Shown: positions 40,006 to 49,575, counted from the first letter of the stretch. The stretch: 64,000 nucleotides of DNA from a bacterium (GCA_025355565.1 JANXZK010000002.1:15238-79237); one strand, 5' to 3'. A program made the numbers and translations. The notes: a model not told the origin generated them from the sequence alone.

Positions 40006-40842
40006 ATGACCAAGTTCGATGAAGTATATCAAAATCTAGTGAGGGAGATAATGACAGACGGCATGGTCGAGTTCAGCGAGAGGACGGGTCACGAAACTAG
40101 AGCAGTAGTTGGAGCACATTTTCGTCTCGACATAGAGAAGGACGGCTTCCCGTTGCTCACACTCCGCAAATATCCGATCAAAGCATTCGTCGCCGAACAG
40201 ATATGGTTTCTGTCAGGTTCTAGGAAGCCGGATGACTTCCTCAGAGATTACACTCACATATGGGACGACTTCACCAATCCAGGCGACGTCGTAACGGTTG
40301 CGTATGGTTATCGTTGGCGCAAACATTTCGGCAGAGATCAGATAGGTTTACTAGTGGATCTGTTGAAAGCCGAGCCGAGCTCCAGACATGCTGTAGTGGT
40401 GACGTGGGATCCTGCTCAAGATGGCTTATCGACCGTCAAGAAGAAAAATGTGCCCTGCCCTTACACATTTACCGTAAACATCGTCGCTGGTCGTCTCCAC
40501 CTGCACAACATCATCCGTTCAAATGACATCATGCTCGGATTGCCATTCGACGTCGCTGGCTTTGCCCTATTGCAATGCATGTTGGCGCAAAAGCTCGGTG
40601 TCAAACCTGGTATATATTCTCATTCCATATCCAACGCGCACATATACGATACTCACTATGATGGCGCAAACGAGATCATAAAGCGTACAAATGATCACCC
40701 GACTATCAAGCTTGCATTACCAGATAATTCATTTGACAGAGCTGAGAAAAAAGATTCGAAACTACTAGATGCGATAGTAGAAAATCTCATAAAGCAGTAT
40801 AATCCTATGGAACCGATCAAAGGGCTTAAACTCATTTTGTAA
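40006..40842 (+). CDS. thyA: Thymidylate synthase (ThyA family)
   Basis: VPCPYTFTVNI (catalytic Cys region) and IIRSNDIMLGLPFDVAGFALLQCMLAQ match the R-S-x-D...LGxPFNIASYALL ThyA motifs. Confidence 0.8.
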   Translation: MTKFDEVYQNLVREIMTDGMVEFSERTGHETRAVVGAHFRLDIEKDGFPLLTLRKYPIKAFVAEQIWFLSGSRKPDDFLRDYTHIWDDFTNPGDVVTVAYGYRWRKHFGRDQIGLLVDLLKAEPSSRHAVVVTWDPAQDGLSTVKKKNVPCPYTFTVNIVAGRLHLHNIIRSNDIMLGLPFDVAGFALLQCMLAQKLGVKPGIYSHSISNAHIYDTHYDGANEIIKRTNDHPTIKLALPDNSFDRAEKKDSKLLDAIVENLIKQYNPMEPIKGLKLIL

Positions 40843-40905
40843 ATCATTATCAATCGTGATGTTTTTTATTTTTCATTTTGAAATTTCAATATTACATTAA
40901 CTATC

Positions 40906-41535
40906 ATGTCCATCATCACCAAAAAACAGATCGTCGAACTCGTAAAGTCTGGTGCACTCGTATTCAAACCAGGCCTAGACTTATTTCAACTACAAGAACA
41001 CTCTGTTGATCTCCGACTCGGATACACTTTCATGCTTCCAAAGATGTGGCACATGACGCCGCGTGGTCGTGAATCGTTGGACATCACTCATTTTGACAAG
41101 AGAAATCACGAGTATTTCGACGTGATCGAACTCGAGCAAGGACAATATTTCGAATTATTGCCACAGGAATACATCCTCGTCTCCACCTTAGAATCAGTGA
41201 AGGTGCCCAATAACCTGATGGGTGTTCTTTACCCTAGATCTTCGACAAACAGAAAAGGAATGTCCTTGGACTTGACAGGCATCATCGATGCCGGTTACGA
41301 CGGCCAACTAGTGCTACCGATCAGGAATAATACCCGTTCTCAAGCGATCAGACTCTTCCCTGGCGAACGTCTATGCCAAGTGGTATTCGAAGAATTAGCC
41401 AACCCAGTTGCGCCGAGACCCAGCAAATATCATCAGAAAGACATCATCGAAGGCGTGATGATGGAAAAGAGAGATGAGACCGAACTCATATCGAGTGGCG
41501 ATATAAAAGCACTTAAAGAAAAGTACAAAATATGA
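40906..41535 (+). CDS. dcd: dCTP deaminase / dUTPase-family protein
   Basis: GIIDAGYDGQLVLPIRN and the β-barrel dUTPase-fold pattern. Confidence 0.75.
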   Translation: MSIITKKQIVELVKSGALVFKPGLDLFQLQEHSVDLRLGYTFMLPKMWHMTPRGRESLDITHFDKRNHEYFDVIELEQGQYFELLPQEYILVSTLESVKVPNNLMGVLYPRSSTNRKGMSLDLTGIIDAGYDGQLVLPIRNNTRSQAIRLFPGERLCQVVFEELANPVAPRPSKYHQKDIIEGVMMEKRDETELISSGDIKALKEKYKI

Positions 41536-42032
41536 CTTGTTTCATCATCGCCTGCCTCACTGCTGATGGCTACATCGGTAAACATTCCACACATGCCGCA
41601 ATGTGGACTAGTAAAGGGGACAAGAAGAGATTCATCGAGCTCACCACGAGAGCCGGCGTCGTTGTCATGGGTCAGAATACTTGGACAACACTCGGTGGTA
41701 AGCCTTTGAAAAACCGCCTAAACATCGTCTACTCCCCTACTCCACTTCCACACATTCCCGGGATGGAAACAACGACCAAATCTCCTACCGAATTATTGGC
41801 TGATCTAGCGGCGCGAGGATTCAAAGAAGTTGCTATCTGCGGCGGATCACAGATATATACGATGTTCATGAAAGCTGGTCTCGTAAACAAGCTCTATCTC
41901 ACCATCGAGCCGGTAGTATTTGGCGATGGTATGAGATTATTCAAAGAAGATATGGACTACAAACTAGAAATGCAGGAATGCGTGAAGACCGAAACGGGAA
42001 CATTGTTACTAACATACGATGTGATCAGATAG
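41532..42032 (+). CDS. folA: Dihydrofolate reductase
   Basis: IIACLTADGYIG, VVMGQNTWTTLGGKPLKNRLNIVYS and ICGGSQIY. A 4-nt ATGA overlap with dcd suggests translational coupling. Confidence 0.8.
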   Translation: MTCFIIACLTADGYIGKHSTHAAMWTSKGDKKRFIELTTRAGVVVMGQNTWTTLGGKPLKNRLNIVYSPTPLPHIPGMETTTKSPTELLADLAARGFKEVAICGGSQIYTMFMKAGLVNKLYLTIEPVVFGDGMRLFKEDMDYKLEMQECVKTETGTLLLTYDVIR

Positions 42033-42157
42033 CAGGTCACCGCGGATTTCCATGCCGACAGATCTACCGTCATGATCTAACGTAACCGTTTTTCTATCTA
42101 ATAAAAATAGTGGGCCGAATAAACAGCCCACCGAATTCTCCACCTTTGCGTCATTCA

Positions 42158-42664
42158 CTATCTCGCCACAACTGCGGGTAAGTGCGGAAATGATGGCAAG
42201 TGACCCTTGACCCATCCTGAAATAATACGAAATATTTCGTCGTCAGTACCATACTCGAAAGCGTCCGGCCATTCGAACATGCTATTCGGATCATGCTCGT
42301 CACAGTAGCTCTTCCTCACTTGTTTGATGCCGTCGGACACGAATCGACTCACGCGCTTACCTCGCGGCGTGAATACCAATAGCGGCGTTCTCAGTCCGAC
42401 ACGTCGTTCGAACTCACCACCCATACCGGTAGATGGGTACTCACATACCATCACCATGAGGTCGGCAGTTCCGACACGCACCACATCATGCATATAAACG
42501 TCGCAGTTCTCGGGTGCGGGACCTTTAACGGGATCCCAAGCGAACGGCAAGACGACCGTATTCTCTAGACCGTTCAACTTGTCACGTAATAAGAACATGC
42601 GTTGACGAAACTCGACAGGCGCTTCCGAAAGCGCATGTGCCATATAGATATTGATTGAGCTCAT
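42158..42664 (-). CDS. Nucleoside 2-deoxyribosyltransferase-like protein (PF05014 family)
   Basis: N-terminal IYMAHAL and DLMVMVCEYPSTGMGGEFERR resemble the NDT active-site region (G.GME.G.A). It sits in the dNTP-metabolism cluster. Confidence 0.5.
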   Translation of the reverse strand: MSSINIYMAHALSEAPVEFRQRMFLLRDKLNGLENTVVLPFAWDPVKGPAPENCDVYMHDVVRVGTADLMVMVCEYPSTGMGGEFERRVGLRTPLLVFTPRGKRVSRFVSDGIKQVRKSYCDEHDPNSMFEWPDAFEYGTDDEIFRIISGWVKGHLPSFPHLPAVVAR

Positions 42665-42765
42665 AAGTTTTCAATTCTGCCGTCAGACTACCATGAACAA
42701 AAAAAGGGCGCCATACCCCAATTTTGTGATCCTTCAGACCTGTTCATAGATAGATCGACCGCGAA

Positions 42766-43188
42766 TCATTTTACGTCCACTCCCATAGACCTCGCTGTTC
42801 CAGCGATGATCTTTACCGCTTGGTCAACAGTATTGGCATTCAAGTCAGCCATCTTCCTCTCAGCGATCTCACGAGCTTGTGCTTTGGTGATAGTGCCGAT
42901 CTTCTTTGTGTTAGGTTTACCCGAACCCTTCTCTTGCTTCAAAGCCTTCAATATGAGGCTCGATGCTGGAGGAGACTTGAGCTTGAAATCATAGGTGCGA
43001 TCTTCATAAACGGTGATAACAACAGGGATCATGTCACCTATCATACTCTGCGTGGCGGCATTGAACTTCTTTGTAAAGTCACCGATATTGACACCAGCCT
43101 GTCCGAGCGTAGGTCCCAAGGGAGGCGCAGGAGTAGCCTTACCTGCTGGAGCGATAACCTTTACTGTTTTGATGATTTTCTTTGCCAT
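42766..43188 (-). CDS. rplK: 50S ribosomal protein L11
   Basis: [43 protein letters not shown]... Confidence 0.92.
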   Translation of the reverse strand: MAKKIIKTVKVIAPAGKATPAPPLGPTLGQAGVNIGDFTKKFNAATQSMIGDMIPVVITVYEDRTYDFKLKSPPASSLILKALKQEKGSGKPNTKKIGTITKAQAREIAERKMADLNANTVDQAVKIIAGTARSMGVDVK

Positions 43189-43236
43189 GGTGGTAATGTA
43201 AGATTGAAAAATTAAAATGAAAAATGATAATGTAAC

Positions 43237-43782
43237 TTATACCTTTTTTACTTGCAAGAAGTCAAGCTCTACCGGTGTTTCGCGACCAAACATCGAGACC
43301 AGGACTTTGATCTTACCTCTCTGTGTATCAACCTCTGCAACCTTGCCTTCAAAGTCCTTGAATGGTCCATCAGCGACTTTGACGAGATCGCCTGTGACCA
43401 AGTCGATAGCATGCTCCATGTCGCCCTTTTGCATGCGAGCAAACAACGTCTCGACTTCCTTGGCCTCCAATGGAACCGGCGAGACTCCCGCGCCAACAAA
43501 GCCTGTAACGCGAGGAGTGTTTCGCACGACATACCAGGAATCATCAGTGACGACCATCTCCACTAACACGTATCCTGGATATATCTTCTCATCCTCCTCG
43601 ACTCTCTTGCCATTCTTGACCTTGATCTTCTTCTCGGTAGGAACGATGACGTTGAATATCTTGTCCTCCATAGCCAATGACTCTATGCGTTGTTTCAGAT
43701 TGCGTGCGACTGCGTTTTCATAGCCCGCGTATGTGTGTATCGCGTACCAATTCCTCTCACCTGTTATGTGTTGTTTGGTCAT
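43237..43782 (-). CDS. nusG: Transcription termination/antitermination factor NusG
   Basis: NGN domain (WYAIHTYAGYENAV) and the C-terminal KOW motif GDLVKVADGPFKDFEGKV. Confidence 0.9.
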   Translation of the reverse strand: MTKQHITGERNWYAIHTYAGYENAVARNLKQRIESLAMEDKIFNVIVPTEKKIKVKNGKRVEEDEKIYPGYVLVEMVVTDDSWYVVRNTPRVTGFVGAGVSPVPLEAKEVETLFARMQKGDMEHAIDLVTGDLVKVADGPFKDFEGKVAEVDTQRGKIKVLVSMFGRETPVELDFLQVKKV

Positions 43783-43828
43783 AGTAAATGTAAAATCAAA
43801 AATTTAAAGTGAAAAATGAGAGCGGCTG

Positions 43829-44008
43829 TTAGAACAAAAGTGTGAGCAGTCTCGAAAATACGAAATCCGACAAGCCCAATATCGCGGCAGTGAGCACAGA
43901 CACAACGATGACCAATGTAGTAAAACGCATGGTTTGCTGTCGAGTTGGCCAGTTGACATGGACCATCTCGGCGCGCGTATCTTTGATATAATTTGTGAGT
44001 CTAGACAT
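43829..44008 (-). CDS. secE: Preprotein translocase subunit SecE (59 aa)
   Basis: Minus-strand ORF MSRLTNYIKDTRAEMVHVNWPTRQQTMRFTTLVIVVSVLTAAILGL..., with one TM helix and a position immediately upstream of nusG. It is below the ORF-track size cutoff. The track's 43804..44061 ORF is in a different frame and is probably spurious. Confidence 0.7.
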   Translation of the reverse strand: MSRLTNYIKDTRAEMVHVNWPTRQQTMRFTTLVIVVSVLTAAILGLSDFVFSRLLTLLF

Positions 44009-44048
44009 ATTTTTTTATTAAAAAACCCCGCCTGGGGACAACAGGTGC

Positions 44049-44077
44049 ATAGTACACCCATTGCCCCGCAAAGTCAA
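44049..44077 (-). promoter_or_regulatory. Sigma70-like promoter (TTGACT-17 bp-TACTAT) for secE-nusG-rplK
   Basis: The minus strand reads TTGACTttgcggggcaatgggtgTACTAT, ~40 nt upstream of the secE ATG. Two 12-bp direct repeats TAGATGCGCATT (44078-44089 and 44091-44102) lie immediately upstream. Confidence 0.45.
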
Positions 44078-44163
44078 TAGATGCGCATTGTAGATGCGCA
44101 TTATGTAATCTCTCGCACCTCACCCTCGAACGACCGAGCGCTCTTTGTAGAACGATAAAGACG

Positions 44164-44952
44164 TTAATTTATCTCGTAAGTGACACTGACACTACTGGTC
44201 ACCTTCTGCTCACCGACAGATACTTCCGGTGCGGCAAGGGCTTGTGAAGTCATCATCTTGTCTGCAACACCCATGCCGAACATCACCGGTCTCGGACTAT
44301 TTCCATTTTCAGAGAAACTGATAACGCGAACGAGGCTTACGCCGAGCTGACCGGCTAATTCCTTTGCCTTATCTTGGGCTTTTGCAATAGCGACACCGCG
44401 AGCCTGTGCTTGGACCGCGTCCAGCTTGTCAACAGAGAAGGTCAATCCGTTCACATTCTCAACCCCGAGGGAACCGATAGAAGCAAACAAGGCGCCAGCT
44501 TTGCTGAGATCACGAACTTTGACCTGTGTGCTCTGGCTGACATCATAGCCAGTCAAGACTGACTTGCTCGGTCGACAGACACCAGTCGAACTGCATACAC
44601 CAGTCTGAAATTCATAATGAGGATTGATATTATATGAAGTCGTCTGGATATCCTTATCAGCTACTCCCCCATCACGAACAACCTTTATGGCCGCGTTAGA
44701 TTGGTTTGTTGCCTGCTTCTGCGCATCGACTACCGAGCTCGCTGTTTTTGTAACTGTGAAAGAAAAAGTCGCGACATCTGGTATCGCCACCGCGTCACCG
44801 GTACCTTCGACGGTGATCGTATTTACGACCTGATCGCTCTTGCCGACATAACCGATAGACCTGAGCTCCTTGATCGATACGACAAAGAGAAAGATCGCCA
44901 ATAATACCAATGCACCGATACCAACTTTCCAAAAATTTTGTGGGGCATTCAT
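44164..44952 (-). CDS. SIMPL-domain (DUF541) protein with N-terminal TM anchor
   Basis: N-terminal TM helix, then ITVEGTGDAVAIPDVATFSFTV...AQARGVAIAKAQDKAKELAGQLG, which fits SIMPL/OMP28-like proteins. Confidence 0.65.
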   Translation of the reverse strand: MNAPQNFWKVGIGALVLLAIFLFVVSIKELRSIGYVGKSDQVVNTITVEGTGDAVAIPDVATFSFTVTKTASSVVDAQKQATNQSNAAIKVVRDGGVADKDIQTTSYNINPHYEFQTGVCSSTGVCRPSKSVLTGYDVSQSTQVKVRDLSKAGALFASIGSLGVENVNGLTFSVDKLDAVQAQARGVAIAKAQDKAKELAGQLGVSLVRVISFSENGNSPRPVMFGMGVADKMMTSQALAAPEVSVGEQKVTSSVSVTYEIN

Positions 44953-45038
44953 GGTTTTATATTTATGATTAATTATTTATAATTTACTATATCTTTCATA
45001 GACTAGGCTCTCCTGACGACGTCCATAACACCCAAATC

Positions 45039-45875
45039 TTACAGTTTTTTCGCGCACAAATCAACCAAATTTTCGAAAATGGCCAATACGGTCATAGCGC
45101 CAACACCACCAGGTACAGGAGAGATCGCTGACACAGTGAGAGAAACTGGCCCAAAATCAACATCACCAGCGAGTTGTTCTTCGCCTATTCTGGAAATGCC
45201 CACATCGATGACCACCGCGCCATTCTTCACATGGTCTACCTTGATGAGCCCAGGTTTACCGACGGCGACGATGAGAATGTCAGCGGTTTTCGTTCCTGCC
45301 ACCAGGTCAACTGTCTTGCTATGACACACGGTAACGGTCGCGCCTTCGTTCCGACACATGACAGCGATCGGTTTGCCGACGAGGTCCGAACGGCCAACTA
45401 CAGTCACATTTTTCCCCATGAGATCAACCTTGTAAAAAGCCAACAATTCTCGGACACCGCGTGCTGTTGCCGGCATTATCCCCTTTCCTTCCATCCACTT
45501 ATCCACATTAGTTGGGGTCAACGCATCCACATCTTTACTGGGATCAATAGAACCAATGACTGCGTCGCGCTCGATATGACCGGGCAATGGGAGCTGCACG
45601 ATGATACCTTGGACGTCCTCCGACTCATTTAGCTTTTTAATAGATCGCAACAATTCGTCTTGCGAGATCGTCTCCGCGAATTGTTCGTGGCTGACATTTA
45701 CGCCGATCCTTGCGGCGAATAGTTTCTTCGCACGGATATATGAAGTCGAATCTGCCCTATTCCCAACCTGGATGATGGCCAACTTCGGTGTAAAAGAAAG
45801 CTGCTTTATCCGAGCGACGAGCTCTAGTACGTGCGCTTCGCGAGTTTTTCGGCCATCAATGATGGTTGATCCCAT
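45039..45875 (-). CDS. folD: Bifunctional methylenetetrahydrofolate dehydrogenase/cyclohydrolase
   Basis: IDGRKTREAHVLELVARIKQL, PKLAIIQVGNRADSTSYIRAKKL, GKNVTVVGRSDLVGKPIAVM and PVPGGVGAMTV. The longer ORF begins at 45965. Confidence 0.88.
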   Translation of the reverse strand: MGSTIIDGRKTREAHVLELVARIKQLSFTPKLAIIQVGNRADSTSYIRAKKLFAARIGVNVSHEQFAETISQDELLRSIKKLNESEDVQGIIVQLPLPGHIERDAVIGSIDPSKDVDALTPTNVDKWMEGKGIMPATARGVRELLAFYKVDLMGKNVTVVGRSDLVGKPIAVMCRNEGATVTVCHSKTVDLVAGTKTADILIVAVGKPGLIKVDHVKNGAVVIDVGISRIGEEQLAGDVDFGPVSLTVSAISPVPGGVGAMTVLAIFENLVDLCAKKL

Positions 45876-45942
45876 AGTGGAGTCAGCATAGCATATATTG
45901 GTAAATCCATTGTCAATTATGTTCCCTAGCTTGAACACAATC

Positions 45943-46854
45943 CTATCTTGCTTTCCACCTGGCAAATATTCCCGCCGGCAAGAGTCTGTTTACTGTCTGC
46001 TGTTTACTGTTTACTGTTTCTCCTATCGCCAACTCCCCTATCTCTATCATTCCACCGAATTTCGCGACGAGCGGCAACAGATTATTTTCGTACGCCGTGG
46101 CTGAGTAGCCAGCAGAGTATCCATTGATCAAAAAGAGGAGCGGTTTCGGAGTCAATAGTTCTACACATTGGTCGACGAGTGGCAAGAAATGTTCCTCGAT
46201 CTTCCAGAGCTCATTGTCTGTGCCGTGTCCAAAGGCTGGCGGATCCATGATGATGCCATCGTATTTGTTGCCACGTTTCACTTCGCGTCGGACAAACTCC
46301 CTTGCGTCATCCAGTATCCAGCGCACAGGTTTGTCTTTGAGACCGGAAAGCTCCGCATTTTCTCGAGCACCAGTCATCGCTGTCTTTGAACTATCTACAT
46401 GCACCACGTTCGCTCCGGCTCGCGCACAAGCGAGAGTTGCGCCGCCGGTGTAACCAAATAGATTAAGGATCTTCATTTCCTTAGGCTTTAGAGAATTTTC
46501 GATTTGCGCTTTCAACCACTCCCAATTCGCTGCTTGCTCAGGAAATATGCCGACATGTTTGAACGCCGATGGTTTGACCCACATCTTGAGGCCACCAAAT
46601 TCTATAGACCACTTATCCAGCTTGCCATTTTTCATCAGCCACTTGCCGTCATTGCCGTCACGAGCGAAACATCCATCTGCCTTCTTCCATTTCTCTTCAC
46701 TCAGCTTTTTATGCCACAAAGCCTGAGGATCTGGTCTAGAGAGCACGATACTGCCAAATCTCTCCAGCTTCTCTCCTTCTCCGGAGTCGAGAAGAGCATA
46801 ATCTTTGGAAGATTCGGTTATTAGGATGTTCGATGTTTTTATTGAATCGGTCAT
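45943..46854 (-). CDS. Class I SAM-dependent RNA methyltransferase (RlmI/RlmK-like, PF10672)
   Basis: ILNLFGYTGGATLACARAGANVVHVDSSKTAM (SAM motif I), IIMDPPAFGHG (motif IV DPP). Confidence 0.7.
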   Translation of the reverse strand: MTDSIKTSNILITESSKDYALLDSGEGEKLERFGSIVLSRPDPQALWHKKLSEEKWKKADGCFARDGNDGKWLMKNGKLDKWSIEFGGLKMWVKPSAFKHVGIFPEQAANWEWLKAQIENSLKPKEMKILNLFGYTGGATLACARAGANVVHVDSSKTAMTGARENAELSGLKDKPVRWILDDAREFVRREVKRGNKYDGIIMDPPAFGHGTDNELWKIEEHFLPLVDQCVELLTPKPLLFLINGYSAGYSATAYENNLLPLVAKFGGMIEIGELAIGETVNSKQQTVNRLLPAGIFARWKAR

Positions 46855-46897
46855 AAATACATATATTATCTCGTCTCTTTACTATTATTCCAGGGCT

Positions 46898-47404
46898 CTA
46901 ATACCCGATCTCTTCTTTTACAGCGCCGAATCGCCTAAACACCACCAACGTCAAAATAAACAAGACTGTCGTGATGATTGCCGATCCTAAACAATACGCA
47001 CAATATGAATGAATAACGAATATCTGTAAAGCGGTGAACCAAACCGACGCCAAGAATCCTGGTACGGTGAGGAACAAACTCAAACGCAAGATTTCAGAGT
47101 TATGCTTTTCCAGCTTGGAGATATGCTTGGACTCCAGATATATCAGGCTACCGATCGCGATCAATAGATAGTAGACCGATCCGGCAAGTGAAACAGGAAT
47201 GCTTAGGACGACAGCGTATGAGCTAGTCAGAACTTTCTCACAACCACCAGTGATGGAACATGGCGGTATCACACCCCTGAAATGCTCAACAGACAGATAT
47301 GTCGCGTCAACAAAGCCGATAAGCGCTACCACAAAGATAGCGATAATCAAGCTACTGGGCAGTCGTTGTAGCGGCCGTGTCAATAAGTGTTTTAAATTCT
47401 GCAT
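46898..47404 (-). CDS. Vitamin K epoxide reductase (VKOR) family membrane protein
   Basis: 4 TM helices, a loop CSITGGCEKV, and the active-site CAYC in a TM helix. Confidence 0.75.
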   Translation of the reverse strand: MQNLKHLLTRPLQRLPSSLIIAIFVVALIGFVDATYLSVEHFRGVIPPCSITGGCEKVLTSSYAVVLSIPVSLAGSVYYLLIAIGSLIYLESKHISKLEKHNSEILRLSLFLTVPGFLASVWFTALQIFVIHSYCAYCLGSAIITTVLFILTLVVFRRFGAVKEEIGY

Positions 47405-48008
47405 AATTGTTCGGGGTTATCTCTCTCCCATTCAAGAAGAAAGTTGGAGTATGGTCGATACCAACTGAAACACCTTCTTCTTGCTGTGAACTTATCTTTG
47501 CGAGAGTTGTGCTCGAAACTTCGTCATTTTTGAATTTAACCAAATCCAAACCGAGCTTCGTGGCATATCCTGCGAATATCGATACCGCCTCCGGGGTCGG
47601 CTTTTCTGACCAGTCACTTTGATTTGAATATAATTCACTATACATTTCCCAGAATTTTCCCTGCATTGCCGCCGCTTCGGAGGCCTGTGCCGCCGGGACA
47701 GCGTTTCCGTGCTGAGACAATGGAAAATGTCGGAAAACTACGCGCAATGATGAAGATGCTTCTCTGTAAAGTTTTTCAACATAATAATAGTATGTTGAAC
47801 ATGCTGGACATTGGAAATCCCCGTATTCGATGAGTGTTATCGGCGCGTCAAATCTTCCTAAAATGTGATCAGCAGTCGTAACGGGAGCAGGAACACCGAC
47901 TTTGCTCGAGGGTCCTGGCACCTTGCTCATAGAAGCGATGAGCCCCCAAACGATGATGGCCAAAATGATGATAAAACTGGCCCAGAATATGATTCTCCTT
48001 GTATTCAT
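47352..48008 (-). CDS. DsbA-family thiol:disulfide oxidoreductase (thioredoxin fold), membrane-anchored
   Basis: N-terminal TM helix and the FQCPACSTY CxxC active site. It is adjacent to VKOR, the known VKOR-DsbA partnership. Confidence 0.7.
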   Translation of the reverse strand: MNTRRIIFWASFIIILAIIVWGLIASMSKVPGPSSKVGVPAPVTTADHILGRFDAPITLIEYGDFQCPACSTYYYYVEKLYREASSSLRVVFRHFPLSQHGNAVPAAQASEAAAMQGKFWEMYSELYSNQSDWSEKPTPEAVSIFAGYATKLGLDLVKFKNDEVSSTTLAKISSQQEEGVSVGIDHTPTFFLNGREITPNNYAEFKTLIDTAATTTAQ

Positions 48009-48027
48009 AGAGACTCAGTATATATGT

Positions 48028-48849
48028 CTAAATACCCTGCGTCAACGAAACGAGTTTGTACCCCCTCTTTTCTATAGTAGTAAAAACATCGTCCAAGATT
48101 TCACCTGTTATATTATCTCCGATATGCATGAGATATATATCACCCGGCGCGAGACTTGAAACGATCCTATGAGTAACATTAGCGGCAGTAATACCAGTCG
48201 ACTCTTCCCAATCACGCGCATCGACAGTCCAATAAACACCATGATATCCGGCTTTGAATGCGATGTCGGCCACTCGTTCATCCCGATCACCGTATGGTGC
48301 TCGAAAAAATGGCTTCGAAGAGACCGATACAGCTGTCGCATCCGCTACTGACGCACTCATAGACCGGCTCGTCGATGATACGATCCTGGTAAATATTCGA
48401 TCCATTTTATCTAATTCCGCAACTATTTCCCCATCCGTCAGAGTTGGCAGATGTAGATGATCGTAAGTATGATTGAAGATCTCATGTCCTCCAGACACTA
48501 TCTCCCTGACAAAATCAGCGTTTTTCTCTACAAATTTCCCCGTCAAGAAAAAAGTTCCCTTTACATGATGATTGGCGAGGACTTCTAAGATCTTTTTACC
48601 AGATTGGAGCCCAGAGCCGCCATCAAAGGTGAAGATGACCTGTTTCTTACTGGTGTCACCGTGAGTGATCTCTCTGGCAAAAATAAATGCTGGGACAGCG
48701 ATCGGCCGCGTTGTCACTACTCCATGATATACCAGATCAAATATTCCCGTAGCCACAATGATAATTCCCAAAAGGATGATTGAAATACTTTTTTTTGAAA
48801 AGCTGATGCCAGCTTTACTCTTACATCTTGCTGAATCATTATGTGTCAT
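48028..48849 (-). CDS. Polysaccharide deacetylase (NodB homology domain)
   Basis: FTFDGGSG (TFDDG motif), HEIFNHTYDHLHL (H-x-x-x-x-H metal motif), and an N-terminal TM anchor. Confidence 0.8.
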   Translation of the reverse strand: MTHNDSARCKSKAGISFSKKSISIILLGIIIVATGIFDLVYHGVVTTRPIAVPAFIFAREITHGDTSKKQVIFTFDGGSGLQSGKKILEVLANHHVKGTFFLTGKFVEKNADFVREIVSGGHEIFNHTYDHLHLPTLTDGEIVAELDKMDRIFTRIVSSTSRSMSASVADATAVSVSSKPFFRAPYGDRDERVADIAFKAGYHGVYWTVDARDWEESTGITAANVTHRIVSSLAPGDIYLMHIGDNITGEILDDVFTTIEKRGYKLVSLTQGI

Positions 48850-48897
48850 ATCGGATAATTATTAGTAGACTGCAACGTGATCAGTCCAGATGAATGA

Positions 48898-49515
48898 TCA
48901 TAATGTCACATTTCCAGCGACTAGCCCGATGATCGCTATGCCGACCGCATTGCAGAGCAGAGAAATAAAAAAGAAATTGCGGCTCTTTGTCTTGGATAGA
49001 CCCAACATCGCTATACCGATTTCATCCGGAAAAGGCGAGGCGATAACGAGCGCTCCGATAAATGGTACGAACCAACGGAATATCCTCTTGTGAAAGACGG
49101 AAAATAGTCGCTCTTCATGAGTGGCGTGTACGACATACTCCACATCATCAGCGACTCTATCTCGCATGAAGCGAAAGATGAAATAGTCCCCTATCGCTGC
49201 GCCGACTGCCCCGATCATGATCACCGCGAAGAGACTGTTTTGCTGCGCAAATCCACCGAGAAGTACGATCGCCGGTGCTGTCGTGAATATCGAAGTAAAG
49301 AACATTCCAGAAACAAATATACCGAGCACCGCATAGCCATCGAGCATGCCGACCACACCATTCACGATACCTATCCTGACGGCGAGGTAGGCTATGATCA
49401 CGCTCATCAATACGTAAACCAAATCCTCAAAAAGTTGCTCTCGATGAGTGTTTGCCCTCTTACCTTTTGATCTATTCATAAGATGAATTGTACTATGCTT
49501 TTCTCTTCTGGTCAC
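48898..49515 (-). CDS. Hypothetical polytopic membrane protein
   Basis: 205 aa with ~5 TM helices. The family is not recognisable from sequence alone. Confidence 0.4.
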   Translation of the reverse strand: MTRREKHSTIHLMNRSKGKRANTHREQLFEDLVYVLMSVIIAYLAVRIGIVNGVVGMLDGYAVLGIFVSGMFFTSIFTTAPAIVLLGGFAQQNSLFAVIMIGAVGAAIGDYFIFRFMRDRVADDVEYVVHATHEERLFSVFHKRIFRWFVPFIGALVIASPFPDEIGIAMLGLSKTKSRNFFFISLLCNAVGIAIIGLVAGNVTL

Positions 49516-49575
49516 TCGTCGGGTTAGGATCGATGATGGTCATAGGCTCTATAGACTTGCCATTCCTCATGTAGA

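Noticed and set aside
43804-44061. 85-aa ORF (MGVLCTCCPQAGFF...) listed in the ORF track
   Set aside because: It overlaps in another frame with a much better candidate. The 59-aa SecE (43829..44008) has a TM helix and sits in the canonical position before nusG.
45985-46020. TGTTTAC(TG) tandem repeats at the folD / methyltransferase junction
   Set aside because: They lie inside the C-terminal coding region of the methyltransferase, where they encode ...TVNSKQQTVNRL. That makes them a small coding repeat, not a regulatory array.
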